NCBI GenBank assembly: GCA_951406725.2
Contig: OX597820.1
Coordinates: 18,600,001 to 18,664,000 of the forward strand
DNA length: 64,000 nt
DNA from: Octopus vulgaris
Lineage: Eukaryota
Reading direction: 5' to 3'
Shown here piece by piece: positions 37,991 to 53,029 of the stretch (positions are counted from its first letter, which is position 1; each line of letters opens with the position of its first letter). Under the pieces are notes generated by a model. The model had not been told where the DNA came from. It ran no database searches and saw only the letters and a list, made by a program, of their open reading frames with translations. The translations under genes were made by a program, and so were the position numbers.

Positions 37991-38680
37991 AAGACCGCTT
38001 TGCTCAACAGCAACAGCAACAGCAGCATTATGGCCAGGGATAACTACTACAACAGCAACAACTACAGTGATAACACTCTGTAAAAATATTATGGGGCATG
38101 CACCCCATAATAACAGCACACTCTGCAATAACAACCAGCACTCAAGTTAGAAGATATATCAGGTCAGCTGGAACTGCCTTTAAGTGGCACCTGTACGACC
38201 ACAGGTTCTCTTTTAGGATTCCAGAAAGATGTTATGTCATGTCTCCGGCCAGCCACGTGAGGCACCTTAAGAACAAAGGAAACCCCTATGAAATTAAATG
38301 GAGTATCATAGAGCAGCTGGGGTCCTATATAAATGGGAGCGGGCGATGCAAGCTTTGCATATCAGTGCAGGCAAGGATCCTTAAAGTTTATCTCTTAAAC
38401 TCAAGACATGAGATCTATAGCCCTTGCCCCCATTTCAAATGCTACCGCCTGCAGACATGGGATTCCCTATTCATCGAATAGAACTGGAAAAAGTTCTTGC
38501 AGACCAGAAACAGATTAAGGGTGGAGATGCCCTATTTGCCCTTTAGGTCCATAAGTTTTTGCCAGCTAGACCAGTCTAAAGGAGATAAAGCACAGTGTAT
38601 ATCATTCTTTGTTTACAAATTTACTGACCATAACAGTCTTCTACCTCCATTTAGAAGAGAGGGTATATGCCCTCTCCCAT

Positions 38681-38747
38681 TAGAGTCTGACAAGACATCT
38701 ATAAAGCTACTAAGGATTTTATGGATGTGAAACCATTAGTCACTCTA
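38681..38747 (+). ncRNA. Degenerate minimal hammerhead ribozyme downstream of the Penelope ORF
   Basis: Stem I TAGAGT/ACTCTA; core CTGACAA (G8 to A); 12-bp stem II ACATCTATAAAG/TTTTATGGATGT; GAAAC; GTC cleavage triplet 38739-38741. Confidence 0.65.
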
Positions 38748-39459
38748 TGACTGAACATCATCATCATCATCATCATCTTTTAACATCCGTTCTCCATGCT
38801 AGCATGGGTTGAACGGTTCGACTGGGGATCTGGGAAGCCAGAAAGCTGCACCAGGCTCCAGTCTGATCTGGCAGTGTTTCTACAGCTGGATGCCCTTCCT
38901 AACGCCAACCACTCTGTGAGTGTAGTAGATGCTTTTTACGTGCCACCTGCACAGGTGCCAGGCGAGGCTGGCAACAGCCACAATCGGATTGGTGCATTGG
39001 CATTGGCCACGGTTCGGATGGTGCTTTTTACGTGCCACCGGCACGGAAGCCAGTCAAGGTGGTGCTGGCATCAGCCACGATTTGAATAGCACTTTTTACG
39101 TGCCACCGGCACGGAAGCCTGTCTAGGCAGCATTGGCATCGACCAACTTCAGATGGTGCTGTTTACGTTTCACCGGCTCAGGGATCACAACTGCAGTTTC
39201 CATTGATTTTGATGTCAGTGTACTTGACTCAATGGATCTCCTCAAGGACAGGGTCGAAATGGTGTTTCTTCACTTACCACCTGCACAGGAGTCAGTCCAG
39301 CGGTCCTGGAAACTGCCGGGTGCCAGTCATAGGATTGGTTCAATTTCGATTCCGATTTCGATTTCACTTGCCCCAACAGGTCTTCACAAGCAGAGTTTAG
39401 TGTCCAATGAAGGGAGGTTGGCATATATTATATATATATATATGATGATGATGATGATG

Positions 39460-39492
<33 letters not shown>

Positions 39493-39508
39493 TATATTTA
39501 TACATATA

Positions 39509-39568
<60 letters not shown>

Positions 39569-39579
39569 TATATGTATAA

Positions 39580-39610
<31 letters not shown>

Positions 39611-40471
39611 TATATACATACATACAATCACACATACACATATACACACTTATGCAACAGGCTTTTTCCTGCCTCCATCAACCTAATCTATTCACATGGC
39701 TCTGGTTTGTCAGGGACTATAGTAGAAGACATTTGGTCAAGCTACCTCACATTGGAACTGAACCCAAAACCATGCGGTTGAGAAGAAAACCTTCTTACCA
39801 CGCATATAAATGGCAATGTAGCCAACAACATAAACATATATTCTTGGAATCTCTTATCATTGATGCATTCTGATCAATTCTTAATATCTAGTGACCATCT
39901 CCATTTTCTGGATGGACTATTATCCTCATCTTTCATGTCTTTTACACTTAATGCTGCGTTTCAATCAGTTCGGTCTTTGATCATCTTCAGGTATCATAAT
40001 CCTACATGTGTGTGTGTGTGTGTGTGTGTGTGCATGTGTGTGCAAGTGTATGCAAGTGTGTGCAAGTGTGTGCATGTGTGTGTGTGTGCATGTGTGTGTG
40101 TGCATGTGTGTGTGTGTGCATGTTATGTAATAAATATAATATATATGTGTGTGTGTGTGTGTGTATATATATATTTGTACGTATGTATGTATATATATAT
40201 ATATATACAGAGAGAGAGAGAGAGAATGGTGGATAGATAGGTTGATAGATAGATAGACAGAAAGAGAGAGAGAGGGATTCATGCATACATACATATATAT
40301 ATACAGATATATGTATGTGTATATATACATATATATACATATACATATATATATCTACATATATGTGTATATATTTATACACACATATATATATGTATGT
40401 ATCTCTCTCTCTCTCTATCTATATATATATATATATATTATTTATATTATATTATATATATATATACATAT

Positions 40472-40505
<34 letters not shown>

Positions 40506-40524
40506 TGTTATTTTACCGTTTTTA

Positions 40525-40587
<63 letters not shown>

Positions 40588-41400
40588 CATATATATATCA
40601 CATGTTTGCAAATGATGAGTCCAGAAAACCAGGAAAATCAAAATTATTATTCTTGCATACCAATATTCCATCTCAAAGATTCAGACGGACAAACAGCTTC
40701 CCCGCAAATTCTTACATCCACCATTGTCATTAAGTTATATTTCTAACATATTCCAATCTGTTAAACTGGCAGCGCTCAGACCATTGTCAAGGGCTGATAT
40801 GGTTCATTGAATGGAAGATTAACAAGTCTTCGAGAAATATTCATTGACAATAATTCTTCCTTCTTCTAAGAAATGCTGGTATTTTGGGTTAACAAAAGTA
40901 TAAAGACCTATGGGTGTGGCTGTGCGGTAAGAAGTCTGCTTCTCAACCATATGGTTCTGGGCTCAATCCCACTGTGTGGTACCTTGGGCAAGTCTCTTCT
41001 ACTACAGCCTCGTGCCGACCCAAGTCTTGTGAGTGGCTTTGGTTGATGGAAACTGAAAGAAGCCTGTTGTATGCATATGTGTGTGTGTGTATGTGTGTTT
41101 GTGCACGTGCGTGTGTGTGTGATTTTGTGTCTATGTTTGAATCGCACCATCATTTAACAACCAGTATTGATGTGTTTACATCCCTGTAACTTAGCAGTTC
41201 AGAAAAAGAGATCGATAGAATGAGAGCCAGGTTATTCAACGATTGAAAGGATGAACAGTTTATCTCTTACTGGTTGGGATCGGTTGCACAGCGACATCAA
41301 ATGATGGTGATGGTCATTTTCTTTCCATTGAACTGCTAAGTCACAAGAATGGAAACAAACTAACACCTGCCGTCATATGGTGACACAGAAAGAAGCACAC

Positions 41401-41438
<38 letters not shown>

Positions 41439-41803
41439 ATGTATACACCCTCGCATCTTCTTTTTCCTTAAAGTGACACACTAGATAATGTAGTCTGAGC
41501 TACACTATGCCTAAAAATCATTCTTATCGACATCATCATTGTTGTTATCATTGTCATCTTCGTCATCGTCGTTATCATCATTATCGTTGTCATCCTGACC
41601 ACTACCACATCCTCCTCCTCCAATACCACTGACACCACTATCATCATCGTCGTCATCATCATCATCATCATCATCAACATCATCATCCAGGTTCAGTCCC
41701 ATTGTGTGGCACCTTGGGCAAGTGTCTTCTACTATAGCCTTGCACCAACCAAAGCCTTGTGAGAGGATTTGGTAGACAGAAACTGAGAGAAGCCTTTCGC
41801 ATA

Positions 41804-41834
<31 letters not shown>

Positions 41835-42516
41835 ATACTTGTATGTGTGTCTGTGTTTGTCCCCCTACTTTTGCTTGATAACCAATGGTGGTGTGTCTGT
41901 GTGCCTGTAACTTAGCAGTTCAGCAAAACAGACCGATAGAGTAAGTACTAGGCTTACAAAGAATAAGTCCTGGAGTCAACTTGTTCAACTAAAGGCAGTG
42001 CTCCAACATGGCCGCAGTCAAATGAGTGAAGCAAACAGAAGAATAAAAGAACAAAGGAATATCTATATAAATATATATTTATATATGGAAGGATATATGC
42101 GCATAAATTGATTTCCTGTACAGAATAGCATGATAAGAAGCAATTATAAATTTAGCCTACACAGGAGAATGTGAAGACAGTTTAAATTTATATAGTTTGA
42201 TAATTATATAGTGGTTCGCCTTCCGTGGGCTTCATTGCAGACGTTGCTGACAATTATACTAGAAGTACATAGCAGAAAACACATCACATGTCATTGTCTG
42301 GTACAATTCAATGAATTATTATAGTTCTGGTCGAAGAACTTGAGACAGAACAAAAGTTTTTGGAGTTAACATCTTGAGCAAGTTGTGTGAACTTAGTCAA
42401 AAATCAATAACTGAGATCTGAAGTTGGTTGTAGTTACTCCTATATCAACACTTAGTAAATGCACTGATGTCTGTCTCTATGTTGGAAGAAAACACGCGTA
42501 GATATTGTTCTGTCCT

Positions 42517-43390
<874 letters not shown>

Positions 43391-43644
43391 TTTCTCCATG
43401 CCATCTTTTGCATCTTTTCCAAATGAAGTTTGTTTCAGACTGCTTATTTCTCGAATGTTAATTGCACAAAAATGTCACCACTTCTTGTGACAGCTGGAAT
43501 TACCAGCGAAAGACAGAATGAAAGGAACGAAAGAATAAACTAACAAGAGTTCATGAATTAATTTCGGTAGTGAAAAGAAGTCTTGGAGAGAATAACATAA
43601 GTAAAAATAAAAATGAAAATGAAAGTAAAAGTAAAAGTAAAACC

Positions 43645-43995
<351 letters not shown>

Positions 43996-45148
43996 GAATA
44001 CAGGAAACAATTTGGTGTCACCTCGAAAATTTCTGTCCTTCATAGGTCTATAGCACTAACGTGAGATGGATCAATATCGTTCAATAAAGCCATCTCCTCA
44101 TATAGAGTCGGTATATTTACCTAGTAGCATACGATGTGTGCACAGCATGTGTTTGATGAGGAGTAGTAGCAGTAAAACAGCATTTGTATAGAACTTATAT
44201 AACTAATGATTTCCTTCGCACAATGGGGGAAAAAAATCTATACTTTGGTATTGATGAATTTCTAAAATCAGTTCTCTCTGATAATAATTGACACTAAACA
44301 ACTTTCAGGAGGAATTCAATCACATCCGTCTATCTACCTATCTGCATTCTATCTCTCTCTCTATGTATCTATTTATCTATCTATCAATCAATCTATCTAT
44401 CTATCTATCTATCTACCTATCTTTCTATCAATCTATCTGTCTATCTACTTATGTATCTACTTAATTATCTATCTATTTATCTGTTTATCTATCTATCTAT
44501 CTTTCTACCTATCGACCTATTTATCTACCTATTTATCTATTTATCTATCTACCTATCTTTTTATCTATCTATCTATCTATCTAACCATCTATTCATCAAT
44601 ATATATATATATATATATATACTATCTCTTTCTCCCTCTCTCTTTCTTTTTATATATATTTACTTACCTACATACCTATTTATCTATCTATCTATCCTTT
44701 ATCTATCCATCTATCTATCTGCCCAGACACATACACACACACATATATATATATACACTCATACATACAATCACACATACACACATATATGTATACAGAT
44801 ATGTATATATTCATATATAACCGTATATATAGATATAGATATGTGTGTGTGTGCGTGTGTGTGTGTGTGTGCATGTGTGTGTGTGTACATAAATCTTTTT
44901 TTTTTGATCTTGCTTCAATCGTTAGAGCACAGCCATGCTGGGGCACTGCCTTAAAGGGTTTTAGTCAAACAAATCAACCCTAGGACTTCTTTTTTACACC
45001 TCATGCTTATTCAATCAGTCTCTTTTCCTGAACTGCTAAGTTATGAGGATGTACACACACCAACATTGGTCGTCAAAGAGCTAGTGGGATTCACACACAG
45101 AACCAAAGGAACACACACATAGACATATGCATACATGTATATACATAC

Positions 45149-45265
<117 letters not shown>

Positions 45266-45413
45266 AAGTTAATCCAAACATGAAAACACAAATAGAAAAC
45301 ACAACAACACGAGGACGTGGAACAAGTATAGTGTTATTGGACGCTCAGGAAAGGAAAGAAAGAAGGATATACATATGTATGTATGTATATATATATATAT
45401 ATATATAGATATA

Positions 45414-46211
45414 TGTCAGTGTGCAATGTCTGTGTGCGTGTTCAATAGACTGTTAGCATCTTGAGAGAAAAGTTAGGCATAAGAGGCAACAGATGTGGTG
45501 TGCAAGAGTGATGACTGCACTGGTATGGTCATGTGATGTGTATGGATGAGGACAGCTGTGTAAAGAAGTGCCAATCTCTGTGGAGGGAACCTGCGGTAGA
45601 GGTAGATCCAGGAAGACATGGGACGAAGTGGTGAAGCATGATTTTTTTGAACGGAAGCAATGACTGGTGACTGAGACCTTTTGCGATGTGCTGTGCTTGA
45701 AGAGGACTCATTAGGCCAAGTGCACCCATGCAGGGTGCGCATAAAAAACCTCTTTTGAACATTGAGCCTCATGGAGGTAAAGTGACTGAATTCCTTTCAA
45801 ACTTTGGGCCTCATGGATGCAAAGTGGCTGAGTTTCTTTTGAGTGTTGGGGGCAATGACCAAGACCTTTGACATTATGTTGTGTTTTAGAAAAAGACTCA
45901 TCATGCCGAGCAAAATCGTAGTTGTAGCAGATACTGGTGTCACGCAAAATGGCACCCATGCCAGTGGCACATAAACGCTCCCCAGTGACATGCAAATGGC
46001 ACCCATGCTGGTGGCACATAAAAGCACCCATTATGCACTCAAAGTGGTTAGCATTAGGAAGGGCATCCAGCCATAGAAAACAATATCAAATCAGACTGGG
46101 ATCTGGTGCAGCCTTCCAACGTGCCAGCCCAGTCAAACCGTCCAACCCATGCCAGCATGGATAACAGATGTTAAATGATGATAATGATGATTATGATGAT
46201 GATGATGATGA

Positions 46212-46222
<11 letters not shown>
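45414..46222 (+). mobile_element. RTE-clade LINE 3' end: degenerate ORF end contiguous with the abundant 3' UTR and (GAT)n tail
   Basis: LREKLGIRG.RCGVQE..LHWYGHVMCMDEDSCVKKC..VEGTCGRGRSRKTWDEVVKHD, then GTGGCACATAAAAGCACC units and GATGTTAAATG(ATG)n. Confidence 0.85.
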
Positions 46223-46243
<21 letters not shown>

Positions 46244-46525
46244 TATATATATATTCATTTATTTATTTAACCTAATTCTTGAAATTATGCTTTTATCTAT
46301 AGGCTGGAATCAAAACATCATAGGATTTTTAAAAATTTATTTCTATTCATTTTTTACCTTGGAATTATGTTAATAAATTAATTTACATCTTTATCAATTC
46401 CCCATTTTCTCAATTTTTATGGAATAATATTTATAATAATCCCATACATATCGTTTAGAGTTCCCTCGTATGAGTTGTGGATTAAATCAGTGAAATTGTG
46501 GGATATATTAATCCCTTATGAGGAT

Positions 46526-46862
46526 GTGAAGGCATATGGCTCAGTGGTTAGAGTGTCGAGCTTATGATCGTGAGGTTGTGAGTTCGATTCCCAGACCAGG
46601 TTGCATGTTATGTTCTTGAGCAAGACACTTTATTTCACGTTGCTCCAGTTCACTCAGCTGTAGAAATGAGTTGCAACATCACTTGTGCCAAGCTGTATCA
46701 GCCTTTGCCTTTCTCTTGGATAACATCAATGGTGTGGAGAAGGGAGGCTGGTATGCATGGGCGACCGCTGGTCTTTCATAAACAACCTTGCCTGAACTTG
46801 TGCCACGGAGGGTAACTTTCTAGGTGCAATCCTAGGGTCATTCATGACCGAAGGGGGTCTCC
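46526..46862 (+). mobile_element. tRNA-derived SINE (family C head, distinct 3' part)
   Basis: A-box TGGCTCAGTGG, B-box GAGTTCGATTCC; C(C/T)TATGAGGAT on both flanks is a likely TSD. Confidence 0.8.
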
Positions 46863-47055
46863 TCCTATGAGGATAAGACATCCTCAGATTGACTTTGTGG
46901 TAAATAGCTTGCTTACCAATCACATGGTTCCAGGTACAGTCCCACTGTGTGGCACCTTGGGCAAGTGTCTTCTACTATAGCCTCGGGCCGACCAAAGCCT
47001 TTTGAGTGGATTTGTTAGATGGAAACTGAAAGAAGCCTGTCGTATATATGTATAC

Positions 47056-47097
<42 letters not shown>

Positions 47098-50000
47098 ATG
47101 TTTGTGTGTCTGTGCTTGTCCCCCTACCACCACCACGTACAACATCGCTTGACAACCGATGCTGGTGTGTTCACATTCCCATAACTTAGCAGTTCAGCTA
47201 AAGAGACCGATAGAATAAGTACTAGGCTTACAAAGAATAAGTCCTGGGGTTGATTTGCTTGACTAAAAGCAGTGCTCCAGAATGACTGAAACAAGTGAAA
47301 GAGTAAAAGAGAGTAAAGAGTATTGAATGTCTCTCATTGAGAGATTTACAAATAGTAGGCTGTGTGGGAAGTAGCTTCCTTATGAACCACATGGTTCTGG
47401 GTTCAATCTCACTGCATGGCACCTTGGGCAAGTGTCTTACAGCCTCGAGCCGACCAAAGCCTTGTGAGTGAATTTATTTGATGGAAACTGAAAGAGACCT
47501 ATCGTGTATATATATATATATATATATGTATAATTTATTAGTTATCGTTGACCATCGGTTCCGGCCTCGTGTCTCGCTAAATACAGAATAGATATTTAAG
47601 TTTCTCCATACAGGGGTTTTCAATGGCGGCCGATTTTTGCGGGGTTCCACTATTCCCTTTCTCTCTCTCCCTTTTACGTTGTCTGCCCTCCCCCTCTTCC
47701 TTCCCCCTTCCATTGCTAAGAGCATTTTTAAGCCAGCCCGTCAAGTAACGCGCCTCATTTCTTGATTATGTTTTTATCTATCTATCTATTTTATCTACTT
47801 ACTAATTACTAATACGCTTAAGCAGTTGTCATTGTATTCCCTAATTCCTCTCATCATTATGTGCCGATAATTTCTCCATCGTCCCTTTATTAATTTTGCC
47901 CGTCCAAGTCCTCGCTCTCTCGTCTTTCAACCTTCGCGTATTCGCGGTGCACCCGCCCTTGCCCACCCCCACCACCAATACCGGATATCTCTATATTTTT
48001 GCTCCATCTATACCGGATGTCGCTTCTCCCACCACCATTATAGGTGTCTACTCTTCGAACCCCCTCTTCAATACGCTATTTCACCATGCATTACCCCTCT
48101 CGTGATATCCTACGTTCTACTTGTCTAGAACCTGTCATCGTTTCTCCGAACACCCCTCCCCACTGGTGCTCCCCTATATTTCTGCACCCTCCCCCCACAT
48201 AAAAAGCACCATCCGAACGTGGCCGATGCCAGCACCGCCCCGACTGGCTTCTGTGCAGGTGGCACATAAAAAGCACCAACTGACCGTGGCCGATGCCAGA
48301 CCCCTCTGGCACCTGTGCAGGTGGCACGTAAAAAGCACCCACTACACTCGCGGAGTGGTTGGCGTTAGGAAGGGCATCCAGCTGTAGAAACACTGCCAGA
48401 TCAGACTGGAGCCTGGGGCAGCCCCTGGCTCCCCAGACCCCGGTCGAAACCGTCCAACCCGTGCTAGCGCAGAAAACGGACGTTAAACGATGATGATGAT
48501 GATGATGATGATATATATATATATATATTGACACTCCTGTAAGCTTTGTGATTTTTTACTTATCAAAGTTTCATGATCAAACAGCAAAGAAATGCAAAAA
48601 CTTGGAGTAGCAACGAAAGTAATCTCAGTAGTGTAATAAATGATTAACAATGATGATGATGAGGATGATGATGATGATGATGAGGATGTCGATGATGACA
48701 ACAACAATGATGACAATGACGATGATGGCAGCAACAATGATGATGATTACGATGATGATGATGATGATGATGCTGATGATGATAATGATGATGATGATGG
48801 TGGTGATGATGGTGGTGATGACAATGATGACGACGACAACAATGACAATAACAACGACTGAAAAAATAATGATGATGATGATGATGATGAATGAATAAAA
48901 GGTAAAGTTGACCTTGGCTGGATTTGAACTAACAACACGTAAATCCGGAACAAATACCACAAGGCATTTGGTATTCTGTCAGTCACTTCAAACCACACCC
49001 TCAACCCATCACCCATACAATAAATAGAGCACCCTCAGTCCTTGTAATTTATTCTTTCAAACCAAACAAGAGAACTTGTATGTGGTTCACTCACCTTACT
49101 AGAAACACCAACGAAGCCTCCCTCATATTACGCCCTAGCCATTTTTTTTTTTTCTCTGAAAGAAAAGTACGAAGTAGGTGCACGTTGGTTGATGTAGACT
49201 TAGATACGTTTGACCAGAAGTGCATCTAAGGAAGACCACATGATCATAACCAGAATGCCTTTGATTATAAATCTGCTGACGTCTGCTCAGTCATGTCTGA
49301 CCTGGGGCTAAGCATCAATGGTAACGACAATACCAACAACAACGACAACGACAGACAAATTAATTCCTTGTATTTTCATTATTCCTACACACACACACAC
49401 ACACATGCAGACACATAGAGACACACACACAAACACGCACTTACACACATCTACACAAACATATAACACACACACATACGTTTGCTATGTGTCATCTCAT
49501 CCTCCAGTAGTGATGGCAATATTAGTGATACTGGTAGGAGGTCAAATAGCAATGGAAATTAAGAGTAGAAATACTGATGGCGCTAGTAGAGATACTATTA
49601 GTAGATGAAACGTTTTACTTAGCAGATGAAACGCTTTACTAGATGAAAGGTCTAATTTAGTAGATGAAAGGTTTAAAACTACGAGTTTAAATTGTGCTAA
49701 AGTTAACTTTTCTGTCTCATGTAGTTGAGTGCAAGTTTGCATACGTCGTATTGGAGTGTAGCAATCCAAAATCAATTGGTAACCAATCAAAACTGCACTC
49801 ATAATCAGAATGAAAAAAATAAACGGTTTGAGTAAAGGAGATAATTCTTATCAAGAGAGGGCAAGGGAGAGAACTCTGAAACTTATCATCATCATCATCA
49901 TCATCATCGTTTAACGTCTGCTTTTCGTGCTAGCATGGGTTGTACGGTTCAACAGGGGTCTGAGAGCCAGTGGTTGCACCAGGCCCAGTCTGATTTGGCA

Positions 50001-50724
50001 GTGTTTCTACCGCTGGATGCCCTTCCTAATGCCAACCACTCCATGAGTGTAGTGGGTGCTTTTTACGTGCCACCGGCACTGGTATCACAACTACAATTTC
50101 CATTGATTTTGATCGATTTCGATTTCACTTGCCTCAACGGGTCTTCGTAAGCAGAGTTTTGTGTCCCAAGAAGGAAAGGTATGTATAAGTGGACTGGCTA
50201 CATCCCAGGTAGAGGCCACAGGGTTCATTATGCCAATAATAATAATAAATATATGCACTGGCTTTGGTCAGCTTGCTGTTATAGCAAAAGACACCTGCCA
50301 AAGGTGTCATGCAGTAGGACTGAACTTGAAACCACATGGTGACAAAGAGAGCTTATTAACCACATAGCTATACCAGCACTTATAGTTAAGTCAATCACAT
50401 CAACCCCAGTGTGTAACTGGTCCTTGTTTTATCAACCTTGAAAGGACGAAAAGCAGAGTCAACCTCAGCAGAATTTGAACTCAGAACGTAAAGATGGAAG
50501 AAATGCTGCTAAGCATTTTGCCTAGTGTGCCAATGTTTCTACCATCTTGTTTCCTTGGAATTTCTATTAAATAAAGATTGACTGTGATGAAACAAAACTT
50601 GTTGGGTCATGGGAAGGTCATTATGCTAATAATAATCCTTTCTACTATAGGCACAAGGCCTGAAATTTTGGTGAGAGGGATAGGCAATTTCATCAACCCC
50701 AGTGTTTCACTTACTATTAAGTAA

Positions 50725-51944
50725 GAAATCGTCGCAGGTAGAGCTTTTCGGAATGACCCCGCAGCCGACGCTCCGGAGCAGGAGTGAAGAACAGCTCTTT
50801 CGAGAGGTTACACTTCCTGCTTATGATGTTGTGGGCGAGAATGAGATCACCATGGCGGCGGCGTTTTTCAAGAGAATAAAGGTCGAGCGTCCTCAGCCTT
50901 TCTTCGTAGGACAAATTTTTGAGACCATGAACCATGCGGGTAGCCAGCCTCTGGACTCTTTCGAGATGCTGTATGTCTTTGAGGAGATAAGGAGAAGAGG
51001 CTTGAATCCCATACTCCAATATGGGTCTCACCAGCGTGACATGGAGTGGTAGGAATATGGCTGCTGTGAGCATTCCGAATGACCGTTGAATCAAAAGCAG
51101 AATTCCGCGCGCTTTGTTGGCAGCATGGACGCACTGGGCCGAAGGCGAAAAGGAGGAATCCACCAAGATACCCAGGTCCTTTACCTGATCGGTCCTCTCC
51201 AGCAGCAGACGACCGGGCTCGAAATCAAGTTGAGTTGCAGGAGTAGAGCCGACAGGCAGATGACAGCACTTTGACACGTTCAGACACAGGTCCCAATCGT
51301 TAGACCACTTCCAAATTTGGTGGAGGCATCAACGAAGATCCTCTATATTACCGCAAGGAGCGACCAGTTTGATATCGTCGGCAAATAGAAGGGTGTGTTG
51401 CGTGAGGTCGTCGGGCAAGTCATTTATGAAGACTAAGAACAACAAGGGCCCAAGCACTGAACCTTGAGGCACGCCACTGCTCGCACTGGAGACGTCGGAC
51501 CGCGAACCATTAACTTGAACTTGGAAGGAGCGATCTGAGAGGAAGGCACCAACCCATCGTACAATATCCGGATGGAAACTATATGCTTGAAGCTTGACAA
51601 GTAATAGGCGGTGGTTTACCAAGTCAAAAGCTTTGGCAAAGTCCAATAAAACGATGTCAACAGCATCACTATCATCGAGGATGTGCGTCACCAATTCTTC
51701 CATTACTAGTAAGTTGGTCAAGCATGATCTCTTCGGCACGAAGCCGTGTTGGGAATCAGTGATCGAGGCTGTGTTTAGGAGGTGGAGCATCATACTTTTC
51801 TTAAGGATGGTTTCGAACATCTTGCTGATTATTGATGTAAGGGAAACCGGTCAGTAGTTAAGCGGGTCTTCGCAGCTCCCTTTCTTGAAAATTGGGCAGA
51901 TTATCGCTGTTCTCCAGTCTGCAGGTATAACACCCGTCGCCAAA
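50725..51944 (-). mobile_element. CR1-like LINE, RT half (one frame, two premature TGA)
   Basis: LATGVIPADW..PIFKKG..NY*PVSLTS..QHGF..SCLTNL..LDFAKAFD..GVPQGSVLGPLLF..FADDIKL..KDLGI..RPILEY..LERVQRLATRM..LRGHSEKL; ORFs 51851-52069, 51329-51820 and 50717-51277 share one frame. Confidence 0.95.
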
Positions 51945-52973
51945 GCGATAAGATTCGTTTCAGCTTCGCATGACTGCTTGGTACTAGGCGACTTCAATGC
52001 TCCCACGATCGATTGGCCCGCATCAATTTGTACAACATCTTCCCGGTTCGGCCAGGCCCTTCTTGACATGGCTGAAGATTGTTTTCTATCGCAACATGTT
52101 GAATATCCGACAAGGCATCGGTCTGGGCAGCAGCCATCTATGCTAGATCTGGTATTCTCCCGCTATCCAAGATCAGTGTCAGACGTATCTGTGTGCGCCC
52201 CTCTTGCCAAGAGTGATCATGCGGTCCTGAAGTTCGTCATGCACACAACTTTTTCTACGCCCACGATTACTTCGCTGCCACGTAGAGTCTTCTCTGCAAT
52301 TAATCTTGAAATTCTAACCGAGGCTTCCGCGCTTCTGGACTGGCGATCCCTGATAACGTTGTCCTCAGTTGACGAACTATGGTCATCCCTCAAAGCATAT
52401 GTAATCTGTTTGACTGACCAGGCAGTTCCCGTTGGGCTTCCCAAGAGGAAGAAACACAAGCCCTGGGTGATGAAGAAGTTTAAACAAGAACATCGACTCA
52501 GAGATATTGCTTGGGCTGAATTCAAAAATCTGGATTCGACTGCAGCTTTTGAGGTGTACAAAACTCAACGAGACCGAGCCGTGAAAATTGAAAAGAAAGA
52601 ACACTTCAGTTATGAATACAAAATCGCGGCAAATGCCAGTAGCAATCCAAAAACCTTCTTTGCCCATGTCCAGCGGAATTCCCGCTTGAACAACCAGATT
52701 GCAACGTTGGTAGACTCAACAGGCGTATCGATTGAGGACCCTTATCAACAGAGTCAATTATTTGCCGAGGCTTTTTCAACTATTTTCAAACAAGATGATG
52801 GTCGTGAACCCCCTCCATTTGATAGATCGGTACCTCCAATGCTTCGATTGGTCATCACGCGGGACAAAGTCAAACGTGTTATTCAAGGCCTCGATGTCAA
52901 CAAGGGTCACGGCCCTGACGGCATACACCCACGGGTTATCAAAGTGTTGGCTCCGGTCATCTGCGAGCCCTTA
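51942..52973 (+). mobile_element. Same CR1-like LINE: endonuclease C-terminus and linker, inverted relative to the RT half
   Basis: Open frame with LVLGDFNAP, LDLVF, SDHAVL, NPKTFFAHV and GPDGIHPRVIKVLAPVICEPL, which normally lies just upstream of LATGVIP. Confidence 0.93.
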
Positions 52974-53029
52974 GTAATGGAGAGGTAAACAAACCAACAC
53001 CGTACATCTAGTGGTACTTAACTTTAACT

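Larger units (their letters stand above)
36319..38760 (+). mobile_element. Fragmented Penelope-like element (RT thumb, Cys linker, GIY-YIG endonuclease, terminal repeat), interrupted by SINEs and low-complexity DNA
   Basis: LKINIKTNLTNINFPDVMLDLGPGSYRPY (~36410-36500); CSCREYNDCP..GGC (~37275-37340); YIRSAGTAFKWHLYDHRFSF...HLKNKGNPYEIKWSII...CKLC...LLNSRHEIYSPCPH (38150-38440). Confidence 0.85.

Noticed and set aside
51885-52988. 367-aa ORF as a host gene
   Set aside because: It is the APE endonuclease/linker portion of a CR1-like LINE; its first residues are antisense RT sequence across the inversion junction
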